Below, in pieces: positions 10,481-21,673 of a stretch of DNA of 64,000 nt. Position numbers and translations under genes: made by a program. The number at the start of each line of letters is the position of its first letter. Within the stretch, counting starts at the first letter, position 1. The stretch covers positions 1,488,001 to 1,552,000 of the forward strand of contig NW_027117342.1 in the NCBI RefSeq assembly GCF_038025025.1, in the 5' to 3' direction. The notes under the pieces were generated by a model. It had not been told where the DNA came from, did no database searches, and was given only the letters and a program-made list of their open reading frames with translations. The stretch is from Phyllosticta citribraziliensis (taxonomy: Eukaryota).

Positions 10481-11632
10481 GCGCGTCCATTCCAAACATG
10501 ACTGCCCTCATGTCTCGACTAGTTGGACCAGCTCAGGTGTACGACTCGTCACACCAACTGCCTCCTCACCAAAGTTCTCTCCAACATCATCCGGCTACCC
10601 ACCGGCTCGCATGAATTCCTTCGACTAGTCATTGCGTTTTCCTTCTCCTTCTACATCTGCAGCACTTGCACTTGCTCGTATACCCCTCATCAAATGATAC
10701 CTCCTCCTTTCCCCAAAAATTACCTTTTTTCCTCCTTCCTTCTTCCTCCCCTTCGACCGTCCTCTCTACCAACATGGACGGGTAGAGCAGCGGGCATTGG
10801 CTCGTCCCCATCATCTGGGCGGTCGGTCACTTTAATGTATTCTGTTTGGCTTGGGTGGCAGTTGTCTTGGAGACCGAGCACGGTGAAAGAGCGAGAGAGA
10901 AAGAGAGAAGAAAGATGGACATGGCATGTGCATACGCTTTTGCGCATAGCTTAGCGCGACGGGACAGCTCGTCTGTCGATGCCATTGATGGATGTCGATG
11001 TTAGTGTAACTACCTACCTACGTACCCACCTCTGTCCACCAACTCACCCACTTCTCAGCCCTCGTCTTTTCCTCGCTCTGCCTGGTATTTGCAGACGGCG
11101 GGAATGAACTTGGGCTTGTGCGGTAGTCGGTGGACTGTGTAATTCTAAACGCTATGAAAGGAACAGGTGGATGAAATACTTGACTGTGGGCGTGGAGTCG
11201 GTGATGGACGAATACCCTGTTGTGTCTTGCTGCTGCGAGTTCTTCCCAATCTCGCCTGCCACCTTCATCTCGCTCATGGCTGCCTCGCCTGGCCTGCCGT
11301 GCTTTCTGCTACTTTCAATCTTCCCGCCAAGTTGAACGGCGCAGACGTAGGTGCGGACGAATGAAAAGTGACCAGGGAGCCAGATTTTCAAAGGCGTTGG
11401 AAGAGCTAGGGGACTTTTGGTTTGCGCTCCAAGTCGATGGAGTGGATGAGCCCGCTTGTCTACTCTGCTGTAAATGTTGCTGAGCGAAAGCCAATTGATC
11501 GTTGAATTCACGTTGGCTTCGCATCCAAAAGGCTCTAGCTCAATCGTATTCCAAATCCACACTGTGTGTGTATCGGTAGAAGTCAGCGACGAATTTCGTG
11601 TCCTCAGAGCCATGATAGAACCAATCCCCGAC

Positions 11633-12604
11633 TTACCCTCCAAAGTCGCCGAAGACTGTGAGGCGCACCAAGCCTTGTCCCGCAGTCCTTTGCCTCACAT
11701 AGACCAGCTCGATCGGAGACTGAACCTTGCCAATCCAAGAAATCGGAGTGCTGAAGTTCCTGTCTTCCAAAAGGCAGGATCCATCCAGTTGTGCCATGGA
11801 GATTTCGGCAAAATCCTCCTCATACGCAAGGATTCCCGTCTCTTTTTCTGGCACATCAGGGCGGAAGTCCTCCTCGTAGTTAGCCGGAAACTTATCGTGA
11901 ACGATGAACAGTCCATTTGCGGCGCCGGAGAGCCCGATTCGAGCAACGACGAAAAAGCCTGTGCAGCCAAACATGCAGTTCATTGGATTATCAGCAGCCC
12001 CCCCTGGTACCCTCATTGCCGATTCAAGGGAACCCAGCTGGTGGAAGACGAAGCCGTTCACACCTTCATCGGAGTCTGTGGTGTTTGTCGACTCGTAGGA
12101 TCGTTTTTCTTCGCGTCGATCTTTTCGACTGTCGACGGAATGCGAAGCTGGAGGAGGGTCTGTTGGGCGGTTTGTGTTGACGCCCAGAAACACCAAATCC
12201 TTGATGTCAAAGTGCGGGTGCTTTCCGAGGTACTCCTCATCCCGGTCCTCGTTATCTGCGCGAAGACCTCGGGGGCCTGGGCGTAGCTGATAAAATGCTT
12301 TTGTAGTTCTTCCGAGTGGGATCGCGAGCTGCGTTGGATGGTTCATATCCTTGAGCCACTTTACGTACATAGGATCTTGAGTTGAGTGAAAGATGTTTCT
12401 AGAGAATGGTTTCACCAGAGCGTCCTTTGGAGGAGGCGTCAATTTGGCTTGCATGCTGGAAAAGCTGCGATGATCCGACCACTCCCTGAAGGACTGCTTG
12501 TCAGCGGGGGTGACGGTGTTTTCATGGTATGTGGTTTCGTATTCTTCCCAAGTAGCACGTCGCTGCGCAAGGCTCTTGAATATGTTGTCCCAATTCTTTG
12601 ACAT
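11633..12604 (-). CDS. Hypothetical protein, paralog A of a tandem pair (possible short extra 3' exon near 11546-11565)
   Basis: 323-aa ORF with GCCGCCATG start context, clearly homologous to the adjacent 12953-13877 sequence. Its end (GG|GTAAGT...GCTGAC...ACACAG) looks like an intron that would add VDLEYD*. Confidence 0.7.
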   Translation of the reverse strand: MSKNWDNIFKSLAQRRATWEEYETTYHENTVTPADKQSFREWSDHRSFSSMQAKLTPPPKDALVKPFSRNIFHSTQDPMYVKWLKDMNHPTQLAIPLGRTTKAFYQLRPGPRGLRADNEDRDEEYLGKHPHFDIKDLVFLGVNTNRPTDPPPASHSVDSRKDRREEKRSYESTNTTDSDEGVNGFVFHQLGSLESAMRVPGGAADNPMNCMFGCTGFFVVARIGLSGAANGLFIVHDKFPANYEEDFRPDVPEKETGILAYEEDFAEISMAQLDGSCLLEDRNFSTPISWIGKVQSPIELVYVRQRTAGQGLVRLTVFGDFGG

Positions 12605-12952
12605 GGCGGCAAATGGTGTTCTGCGAGGGTAGAAATGCAGGTGAGGTAGAAGCGAAAATTGAGGAATGTGCTCAGGTCAGATGGTGAGCGGAGATGTCCA
12701 TGGATGGAGGCCCGCCTTTCACGTAGGCAAACAACGTGGAGCTTTGTTGTGAGTCAACACACCGTTGAGCGGTTGGCCATTCCTAAATAGGTATGGTAGA
12801 GCTTGACGGACCAAGGGACAGTAGTAGGTCTTTCTTCGATGGATCCACAGTCTCGAATTATCATACTTTGTACCAGAAAAGTGCAAGTAAGCAACTATTC
12901 ACCTCTCGGGAAAGACATGGAAGTATCCATCTTTGAATTACCCTCGTCCAGA

Positions 12953-13877
12953 CTAATCATAGACAGTAAGTCGCACCAGGCCGCGTCCCATAACCCGTTC
13001 CTTCGCAAGGACCAGTTCAACCGGGGAATCACGCTTTTCCAGCCACAGAATTTGAGTATTGAAATTCCTGCCATTCAGTAGAGAAGTTCCACTGAGTTTC
13101 GCCATAGAGAACTGCCCGGTCTCATGCGGGAGGGGTGCCACCTCTTTTTCTGGAAATTCAGCTCGGATTCCCTCTTCGGGGTCAGTGGGGAACTTGTCAT
13201 AAATGATGTAAAGCCCCTCTGCTACACCAGATAGCGCGAGTCGGGCAACGACGAAGAAGCTAGCATCCTTAAAAGTGCATTTTGTTGGGTCATTTTCTGC
13301 TCTCGGTAGTATCCTTGCTGATTCGAGAATACCGAGTTGGTGGAAAACAAAGCCATTTTCATCACCCTCTGAGTCCGTGGCATTTGATCGTTGTTCCTTG
13401 CGTCGGTCTCTGTGGGTGTCACCCAAGTACGAACTTGGTGAATTCGTTGGGCGATTTGTGTTGACTCCTATGAACGCAGTATCCTTGACTTTGACATCGG
13501 GGAACTCTTCCTCTCGATCCTCAATGTCAGGCCGAAGGCCTCGGGGGGCCGGGCGCAATGCGTAGAATGCCTTTGAAGTGCGTCCAAGGGGAATCATTCG
13601 CTGGACTCCATGCTCCATCTTCTCAAGCCACTGCCTATACGCGCCATCTTTAGTGTAGTGAAAAATTGATTCTCTGCAGATTTTCCACCAAAATTTCTGT
13701 CGAAGGGGGCGTCATCTCGAATCTCAACCTCTCCCGATTACTCTTCGCGGACCACTCAGAGAATGATCGCTTGTCGGCAGAGTGCTGGCAATGCTTGTCA
13801 AGTTCAGCATCGTACTCTGCCAAAGTAGCATTTCGCCGCGCGAGGTCCTCAAATATCGCGTCCCAATTTTTTGGCAT
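12953..13877 (-). pseudogene. Paralog B of the tandem pair, with a +1 frameshift near 13655-13690 and an early TAG
   Basis: MPKNWDAIFEDLA... aligns with paralog A MSKNWDNIFKSLA.... Homology continues in another frame (IFHYTKDGAYRQWLEKM vs IFHSTQDPMYVKWLKDM) with no room for an intron. Could be a sequencing error. Confidence 0.65.
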
Positions 13878-14991
13878 GACGGCGCGGCGGCATGCGCGTG
13901 GAAAAGTTGAATAAGAATGGAAGAAAGGTTCGGACGAGGTAGTGCTCCGAACGGTCAAGGGGGGCAGAACGAACGGAAGAGACTTTGAGCGTTGAGAGTT
14001 TGTTGATAAACGCGCTGCTCGACAGACCTCAAAAAGTTGGTGCCCTGATCAGGCTGGTTGTGACTATGCCCAAACCGGCATAAAGCCAAAGCTTTAGTGC
14101 TGGTACGGACACAATGGATATGGGGTTTGTTTGGGGCATCCACCCACCCAACGATACAGCGTTGCGGATCTTTGCATGCCACACATGCTTAAGTGTGTCA
14201 TGTAAGATAAAACGAAATCTGGGTGAGAGATTACGGATAACACAGCGCAGCTTGCGCTAACAACCACTTCGGAGCAACAACGACAAACACACCCGCGCGC
14301 ACACTTTCTATTGCAGCCTTCCACTGTAATCCTTGCTTGCTTGATTGCTGCTCCGGGAGAGACGCGAGACTGCTTTGTAGTAACGACGACCCGTTGTTTC
14401 TCTTAGATGCTTTATTGGCTAAATGTAGACGTCTTGTCTTCGCCGTTTTACGCGCTTTGTGCGGTCGCCCGGTTCAAGATTCTTCATACAATCTGCGAGA
14501 CCAGCGTCATCTATCCCCCATGCTCTTCCAATCAAAAGGGTGGCGCTGCATTCCTTCTTTGGCTTTCAAAACCCCCTCGGGCGAAAGATGCCAGGTGCAT
14601 GTGCTAGAAGCTACGCAAAGGCTTCAACAGCCAGTCAACAGGCAGGGAGCATTCAAGTAAGAGTGGATGATAGCGACAGGCCAACAGTATTATAGCCGTT
14701 TCCCTCAGGGCCGATTATCCAAAATGACAAGGTACTCCTGAGATTCTCTTCCGGCCTCACCGCTCAAATCCGCAGCAAACAGACGTGCTCTCCTCTTTGC
14801 ATCTGGGCGCAGGAATTCGCCCGGCACAAGATCTTGTGAGTAGTATACTCCCCTTCAGATAGACACGTCCCCATGAAAACTGTGTGTGTATGCTTCAAGC
14901 CAAAATTCCCCTGCAAAGACAAAGATAAAAGGGGGTCGCGCATGAAGACGCCACCCATTCCCCCCCCCCCACTCAAACCCCATGCCCATCG

Positions 14992-15447
14992 CTACTCATC
15001 ATACACCACACCTTCCGCAATGACCCAAAGCCCCTCATTCTCCTCCTCGCCCTCCACAGGCGGCGGTGCCGGCACATCGCACCAAAACCTAGCCGTGCCG
15101 CGCCGCGCCCGGTTGCGACACGCACACACGCCGCCATCATCCGCCCAACAGCGGCCCTCGGCGCCGCACGCGCGACAGTCCCACAGCAGCTCCCACGGCA
15201 GCGGCGGCGCCCAGACCGTCTCGCCAGGCGCCCACGTGCCGTCGCGGTCGGGGAGCGTCCAGAAGCGCACGCAGCGCGGGCAGCAGGGGTGGAATCCGCC
15301 AGGGCAGATCGGGTGGTGGTTTGGCAGGGTCTGGGCGACGTTGTCGGGCTGGTGGAAGAGGTAGGAGAGGCCGCAGTGGCAGCACAGCCAGGAGAGGATC
15401 CAGGGCGGCGGGGGCGCGGGGAGGACGTGCATTTCGCGGTCTGCCAT
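14992..15447 (-). CDS. Small Cys/Trp-rich putative zinc-binding protein (151 aa)
   Basis: WLCCHCG...CPGGFHPCCPRC and a second module WDCRACG...CAC, each preceded by PPPPW/PPLPW. GC-rich coding-like composition; ACCATGG start. Confidence 0.6.
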   Translation of the reverse strand: MADREMHVLPAPPPPWILSWLCCHCGLSYLFHQPDNVAQTLPNHHPICPGGFHPCCPRCVRFWTLPDRDGTWAPGETVWAPPLPWELLWDCRACGAEGRCWADDGGVCACRNRARRGTARFWCDVPAPPPVEGEEENEGLWVIAEGVVYDE

Positions 15448-15863
15448 GGTTGGCGCAAATGAATTTCAGGGGTCGCTGTGTTTCTTGGTGATGCGGACTT
15501 TGATCGAGGAGCGAGAGCCGGAGGGCTGCTGGTCCTGGTCGCTGGCGACTTTGCGGACTGTAGTGACGTGGAGAGTTGAGGATTGCGATACTCTTTGGTA
15601 TTCGACTCGCTGGTAGCTGTGGTTCGAGCTTGGCGTCGTGGATATGCGGATGTAGGTGCGCATTGTGAGTGAAGAGAAGAAGTTGATACCAGCACTTTTC
15701 CAGCAAGAAGTTCATCCTTTTAAACGCAGTCGACCTGGCTTGCTTCGCTGTCCACACAGCCACGCGCTATCGACGTGCAGAAGATGCCAAACTTAAACAA
15801 CAAAGAACCCATCACGCATGCTCTTTTCTCACTCGGCTCTGGTACCGTAGCTGTCATTCTTTC

Positions 15864-16076
15864 TCAACTCCTGACAATGAAGCTGCCGCCCCCTCCTGAC
15901 GCCTTTTCACAGCCTCGACAGTATGCGTGACCGCAGCGAACGCACTGTCTGCTGTCTAGCGCGCATGTGCGCCGCCCGCAGTTGTGGCAGATCCATGACT
16001 TGTCGCGCAAGTCTGGCTGCCTGTGATTGACCATAGATGGAGGGACCGAGACGGATGGAGACCAAAAGGCAGGCAT
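15864..16076 (-). CDS. Small putative zinc-binding protein (~70 aa)
   Basis: MPAFWSPS...WICHNCGRRTCALDSRQCVRCGHAYCRGC: W-x-CxxC...CxxCxHxxCxxC spacing, similar to the neighbouring ORF. Confidence 0.55.
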   Translation of the reverse strand: MPAFWSPSVSVPPSMVNHRQPDLRDKSWICHNCGRRTCALDSRQCVRCGHAYCRGCEKASGGGGSFIVRS

Positions 16077-17737
16077 GATTGGCGGCTTTTTGAGAAAACC
16101 CGAGAGACGGGAAGTATCCGACAAAGCGTGGAAACGAAAGTTGCTGGCCAGACCCGTTTGAGAGTTGGGAAACGAGAGTAGTCGAGTATTTGATGCCCTC
16201 CTTGCTTTTCTGCTCTTGAACTTTTGTTTCTTTTCCTCGTCTCTCAATTACATGTACCAAGGCAATCGCAAGATCGGTCTCTTTTTCAACCAACCCCCCG
16301 ACCGCAGCAGAACACAGGCGACAATCCGGTACACATCAAACAAGAGGAAGAGCCCGCCTTAAGTACGAACTCCCAAAAGTCCCCGACACCTCCCTAGACA
16401 GGCGTGACAGGGCTCCAGGGAGCTCAACGAAACCAGCCGACTCACTCAAAGCGCAACAAGCACATGCGAGACGGGCTCCTCGTGCCAAGTAAGGTGGACC
16501 AGCAGCGCGCGCGGCGCTAGCGAAAGCATGCAAAGGTAGGAGTGCGCGCAGACGCTTGCTGCAGAGGGCAGCGACAAGTTGCAATCAACCCACGACGGAT
16601 TGTCTGCGCCTCGCTGCTCTTTTCGTCGACGGCGACATGTTGCAATATCGAGAGGGACGAAGGGGACGCAGATGCTGGCTCTGAAGTCTCACACACATCG
16701 TCTCGCCGCTATGTGGAGAGGCAGAAGGGTCAGCAGTCAGTCAGTCCGGCATCGCCGCGCAAATCACCTCGTACATGTGAAGATGCACGTTCACACCTAC
16801 CACTCATATGTACTAGGCAATCTGGCACCACCATCCAGAACCGGACAGCTGCAAACCTTCTCGACGCGCTAAAAGGGCGTCTAAGGGCGTGGTCGTGCAC
16901 TGCCGGTGCATGCGCATAGCGTCATCAGACGATGACGGGCCGTCCGGTCCATCCCGATCGGCGGAGCCGCTACTTTAATACTCCTCCCGTTCTCCCTGGT
17001 GGCAGTTGTCGGGATTCTACCTGGGTAGCTCGATCGCATGTGATGGCGGCGCTAGGAAGATTGCTTTACCGGTGGGTACCCAAGTGGGTGATGCTAATCT
17101 GTGCCTGGCAGGTGGTCGGAAGCAGCCGGTCACTTACCTTGGTTGGTGAGTCCGATCAAGAGGATCCGGCGCTGCCAGTGACGCACCCTGCTTTGCTGAC
17201 TGAGCGCACCAAGCAGACGGACATGACGGACCCTGAGCATTCATGGTACGAAATGGTCCGCGAGCTAGTCATTTCTAGCCTCTTGTGATGGAAGGGCGGA
17301 AAGAGAATTGGACATGTGCACCGTGTGCAGAGAGCAAGGACGCACGCGCAGAAAAGAATAACAGAGAAAGCAAAAGTGTGGTGATGTTGTACAACCGGTG
17401 ACACGCTGGCGTCGTCGTATCACCTGGTCCGCGACAGCCACACCCGCGACCTACCTGCATACCCGCAGACCCTGGGCGGAAAACGGGCCACGCCAGGCTG
17501 ATTTGTTGCATCGTGAGAGCTGTGTTGTGTGTTCGAGAAGCGCCATGGATCAAGGGTGGCGGCTGCGAGAAAGAGAAAGCGCGTGGTCTTGTGCTCGTTC
17601 TAGCCAGGGTGTTGAGGAGCCAAATTACACGCGATCAGCAAGAGCAGATAACCTGTCTCGTTTTCATTTTTCTGGGGTATATCTTTCAAGCGAGGCAGTC
17701 CAAAGGAATAACCCCTGAGCCACATTCGACTCTATCA

Positions 17738-19365
17738 TCATTTCCTGTACACCTCAAACGCCTTCTCCTCGGCCAGTCTCTCGTCGACAAGTCTGAGGAC
17801 CTCAGGGTCGTATAGTTCCTCGGGACGCTTATTCCCCTTCAAGACCTCCTTCTCGTGCTTCGTCGCCTCCTCCTTGGTCATGCAGACCAGGTCCGTCAGG
17901 CGCAGCTTGGAGCTCTTTTGGCCCTCGAACCGCGTGTCGATCAGGTCCGCTGCCGGCGGCGCCCGCCACCGCACGAGCGCCAGCCGCGTGGCCAGGCCCG
18001 TGACGACGCTGCGCCCGCGAAACACTTCCTCGACCAGGTAGCCCACATCGTCCTGGGTGACGGGGATCTTGAGGCCCACGGCCTCGAAGCCGGCGTGCCG
18101 GGCCAGACGCTCCTCGGACCCTTGCAGCGCCGCCAGAATGCCGTCGTACATCTTGTCGCGCGCCTTGGAGGGTAGGTAGTCGTGCGGGTAGCCCGTCAGC
18201 TCGAGGATAACGTGGTTGGCGACACAAAGGCCGAACATGGCGGGCATGGTGCCGAGGACGGGCAGGATGCGCACGCGAAAGTCTGGGAGGACTCCGAGAT
18301 CGCCCACGCTGCCCTTTTTGAATTCGTCCTCGGGGAGAGGCAAGAGTTGGGCTTTTCCGGGAGCCGTCTTTTCGGTCGAGAATACTACTGGGATCCCGTC
18401 TTTGATGCCCTGAGCGCGCAGCCGGCGGCGCGTCGACCGCGACAGAGCGTCTTCCGCAGACGCCGAAATATCGCCCACGAACACGCGCGTTGGGTCCGAC
18501 TTGCAGCCCGCGCCCATGCTCGACACGACCTTGATCCCCTGCTTGTGGCAATATGCCAGCAGCGCAACTTTACTGTCGATATTGTCAATGGCGTCTACGA
18601 CGTAGTCTGGTTTTTGGCCATCCCAGTCTGCCAGCAAGCGCGTAGCATCCGACTCGCTGAAAAGCTCGTTGCGGCAGTCGAAATGCGTCCACGGGCAGAC
18701 TTGTTCCAGCCGTCTGCGGATGCAGTGGACCTTGGGCGTGCCAACGTCGGCCAGCGTTGCAAGCGCATGGCGGTTCAGCGACGACAGCGTTACTTGGTCA
18801 AAGTCGACGAGCCGCAGCTTGGACACGCCAGAACGCGTGAGCGCTGCTACCGCGTGTGATCCTACGCCTCCGCAACCGACGACGATGACGAACGAGTTGC
18901 GCAATTTGGCGAGGCCGTCGTCGGTCAGGAACACGCGGTTGCGGGCCAATTGTTCGAGGATGAGTTCTGAGAAACAAGTCAGTCCGTGGAAATTCACGGA
19001 AATGGGAGGAAGCAAGCCACCTTCATCGTAGTCTCCGTTGCGCGCCCTCGTGGCCAGGGCGATGCTGCGCTCGTCCTCTTTGCTCAAATTGTTGGCGTCG
19101 GCCGCAGCTCCATACTCTGTCAGCTTTTCTCCGTAAGTCAGGACCCCTAGGCATTTGCGCCGTGTTTCTTCATCAGTCGTACCCTGGTCGCCACATGCTC
19201 CTGCCCAATTTCCGGAATGTGTGATTTGACTTGAGCGACGTTGTTCTTTCGGCGCGCGGCTTGGTAGCCAAGCACAAGACTGGCGGCCACCGCGCCCGAG
19301 GCGACGGCGGTCATGGCGAGCTGCGCATTGTGGGACGATGGCGTCCTCGAGATCCACGAGGACAT
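17738..19365 (-). CDS. tRNA threonylcarbamoyladenosine dehydratase (Tcd1/Tcd2-like, ThiF/E1-like family); introns ~19182-19124 and ~19020-18967
   Basis: N-terminal TM (AVASGAVAASLVLGY); EQLARNRVFL, VVGCGGVGSH, DFDQVTLSSLNRH, DAIDNIDSKV, SSMGAGCKSDPT, VRILPVLGTMPAMFG. Confidence 0.9.
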
Positions 19366-20085
19366 GCTTGGGAGTACGGTTGGTTGCGATCGCAAGTGTC
19401 GTGAAGCACGCTCGACACGGCACCGCAAAAGATGAGGAATGACGAAGCTCGCCTGGTCGGCACTGGCGTCCGTGCCGAGCCGCTGCCGCTGATCCTAGAC
19501 CTGACCGAGGGAGCCTCCTTCGGGGCAGGGCCGCTAGGTAAACCCAGGCTTCTGGCCACTGCATAGCAAAAACATTTACCAGGCTGATTCTTTGATTGTT
19601 AATTTCAAGTTGCTATCGTTTGTGCCAACCATGTTCGCTAAGCCATCCAGACAACAAAGCTCTCCTAACCAACCCTCCACTCGTCTTCGTTGGCTCTTCA
19701 TGCCGCCATTTCCCATGAACGCAATTCTACAGCAGCTCTTCAGACAATCTCGGATGCTAGAGCTTTGCTGCCCGCCACCAAGTGCCGCCTGCAATGATTA
19801 CCCCCAGCTCCGCCCCTGTCGATGCGAGGGAAAATTATGTACTTCAGTTTTTAGCAAGGAAAGTAAAGAGAAAAAAAAGTATGTTACAGAAGGAGAGGTG
19901 TGTCACTTTCTTTCGAAGAAGTGACCGATTGAGAAGCGATCGCTGGACATCCAGGTATTCGTCATCGTCGGCTTGATCGGTCCAAACATGCTTTGCGCCA
20001 TACGCCAATGCTATTGTATCTTCAAACATTCAAGGAAAGAGGGTGCCGCGGCCGGCAAGGGGTGACTACTTGTCCGAAAGTGTCT

Positions 20086-21673
20086 TCACCGCTGCTCCCA
20101 CGTGTCACGTGTATCGTTAGAGTCACGGCCGGGAGGATCGGGGTTTCGTACCTGCAAGGGGCGTCAGAACATTTCGGATCCACGTTTACATGTCTCGAAA
20201 ACTCACATTCAACGTCCTCGTGTAGTCGCGGTTGTCCTCAATCGAGACGATGCTTGCGTGACTGTTGTTGTTGTCCACGTGGTATGGATAGGGATTGAGG
20301 CGTGGGTCTTGAAATACTGGCCGGCTGTTGCGTCTATCTCTCTCCGACATGGGCGTCATTGTCTCAGTGCCGGACGGGTCGTTTGAACTATGCCGCGTGT
20401 TAATCGGCGGAAGCGTGGTGCTGTAGTCTCTTTCTGCTGACTTGAGGAGCCCTGTCCGACTAAGCGTGCTCACGTTCCTCTGAGGCGGATGGTTTGCGTC
20501 GCCATTCTCATCGCGGCCGGCGTTCTGTGCGTTTCGGCGTCGCAAAAGGATCCATGTCGCGATGCCTACTATCAAAGCGACTCCGGCGAGTCCACCCACT
20601 ACCGCCCCAGCAATTTGGCCTCCCGACACGGAATTTCTTGAAGCTGGACGAGAATCGCGAGAATCGGCCGATGTGCTGTTGGCCCCTGGCACAGACGTCA
20701 CTGTCTGTGTAATGACGTTTCCCCCTTGAGTGACGACCGTCACCGAAGTGACGGCGGACGAGGACTTGATGGAGGTGGAAAGGGTCGATTCCGATTTAGC
20801 GGAAGATTCGGCAGTCGCGGCGCTCGACGTGCTCTCGGCAGACGACTCGGATGTCTGTGTCTGGAAAACCTCGCGTTAGAACCAGGCCAGCAAAACCTTG
20901 GCGAGAAAAGAAGAGAAGGAAAAAGTCCCATCGTACAGAACTGGGGGTTGTGGAGGTGGAGGTGGACGAGGGGGAGGGAATGACGGTGATGAGCTTTGAG
21001 ACAGTGTGGTCTACTGCCACAGTCTTGGTATCAACCCTCGTGGTTGGTGGAACAGACGTCTGCATCCAGTGTTAAGACGCAATCTCCTGGCCGCTTCCAC
21101 AACTGATAAAGTACGTCGCAACCGAGCTTGAAGGGCAGATCAAAATGCGAAGAAGAGAGTTGCAGCGTCGGTTGCCGAAGCGATGGGACTGCCGACAGAA
21201 ATCAAGGACTTACCGCACTAGACTGAGCGCTCGTTTTCGCTGCCGTAGACGCGGCCGCGGTCCCCGATATTGGCGTGTCGGCTCTGATGTAGCCATATAG
21301 GTTGTCGTCCGAGTTGCCACAACTTTCGTATCCATATCCTGGGCAAGTCGTGTCGCACTTGGTCGTGTCCTTTTGGTCAGATGGAGCGTAGTTGGAGCAC
21401 CAGCAATTCTTGCCCTGGACAATGGCGAAAGCGAAATTTTCTTTGCATTCGTTGTAGCAATGGCCGTTGGATTGGAAGGTATAAGTGTCTAGCGGCAAAG
21501 TTAGCAATGCCGAAAGCAGCCATTGCGGTTCGAAGCGCACCCTGGAAGTTGCTTGCACCGGTGTTTTGGCCGGAGCAGTATGTTTGTGAGAGACCACGTG
21601 CTTGTCCTAGGAAGAGCGCTAGAAGGAGCAAGCGTTGGAAGACGTCTTGCCAGGAACAAAGTTTGGGACCCAT
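20086..21673 (-). CDS. WSC-family cell-wall stress sensor (Wsc1/Slg1-like; 5 exons)
   Basis: Signal peptide; WSC domain FQSNGHCYNECKENFAFAIVQGKNCWCSN...CPGYGYESCG; Ser/Thr stalk; TM GQIAGAVVGGLAGVALIVGIATWILL-RRR; tail DPRLNP...SIEDNRDYTRTLN|VRNPD. Confidence 0.9.

Noticed and set aside
19366..19564. N-terminal part of the 608-aa ORF
   Set aside because: Artefact of reading through introns; the real first exon is in another frame from ATG 19365.
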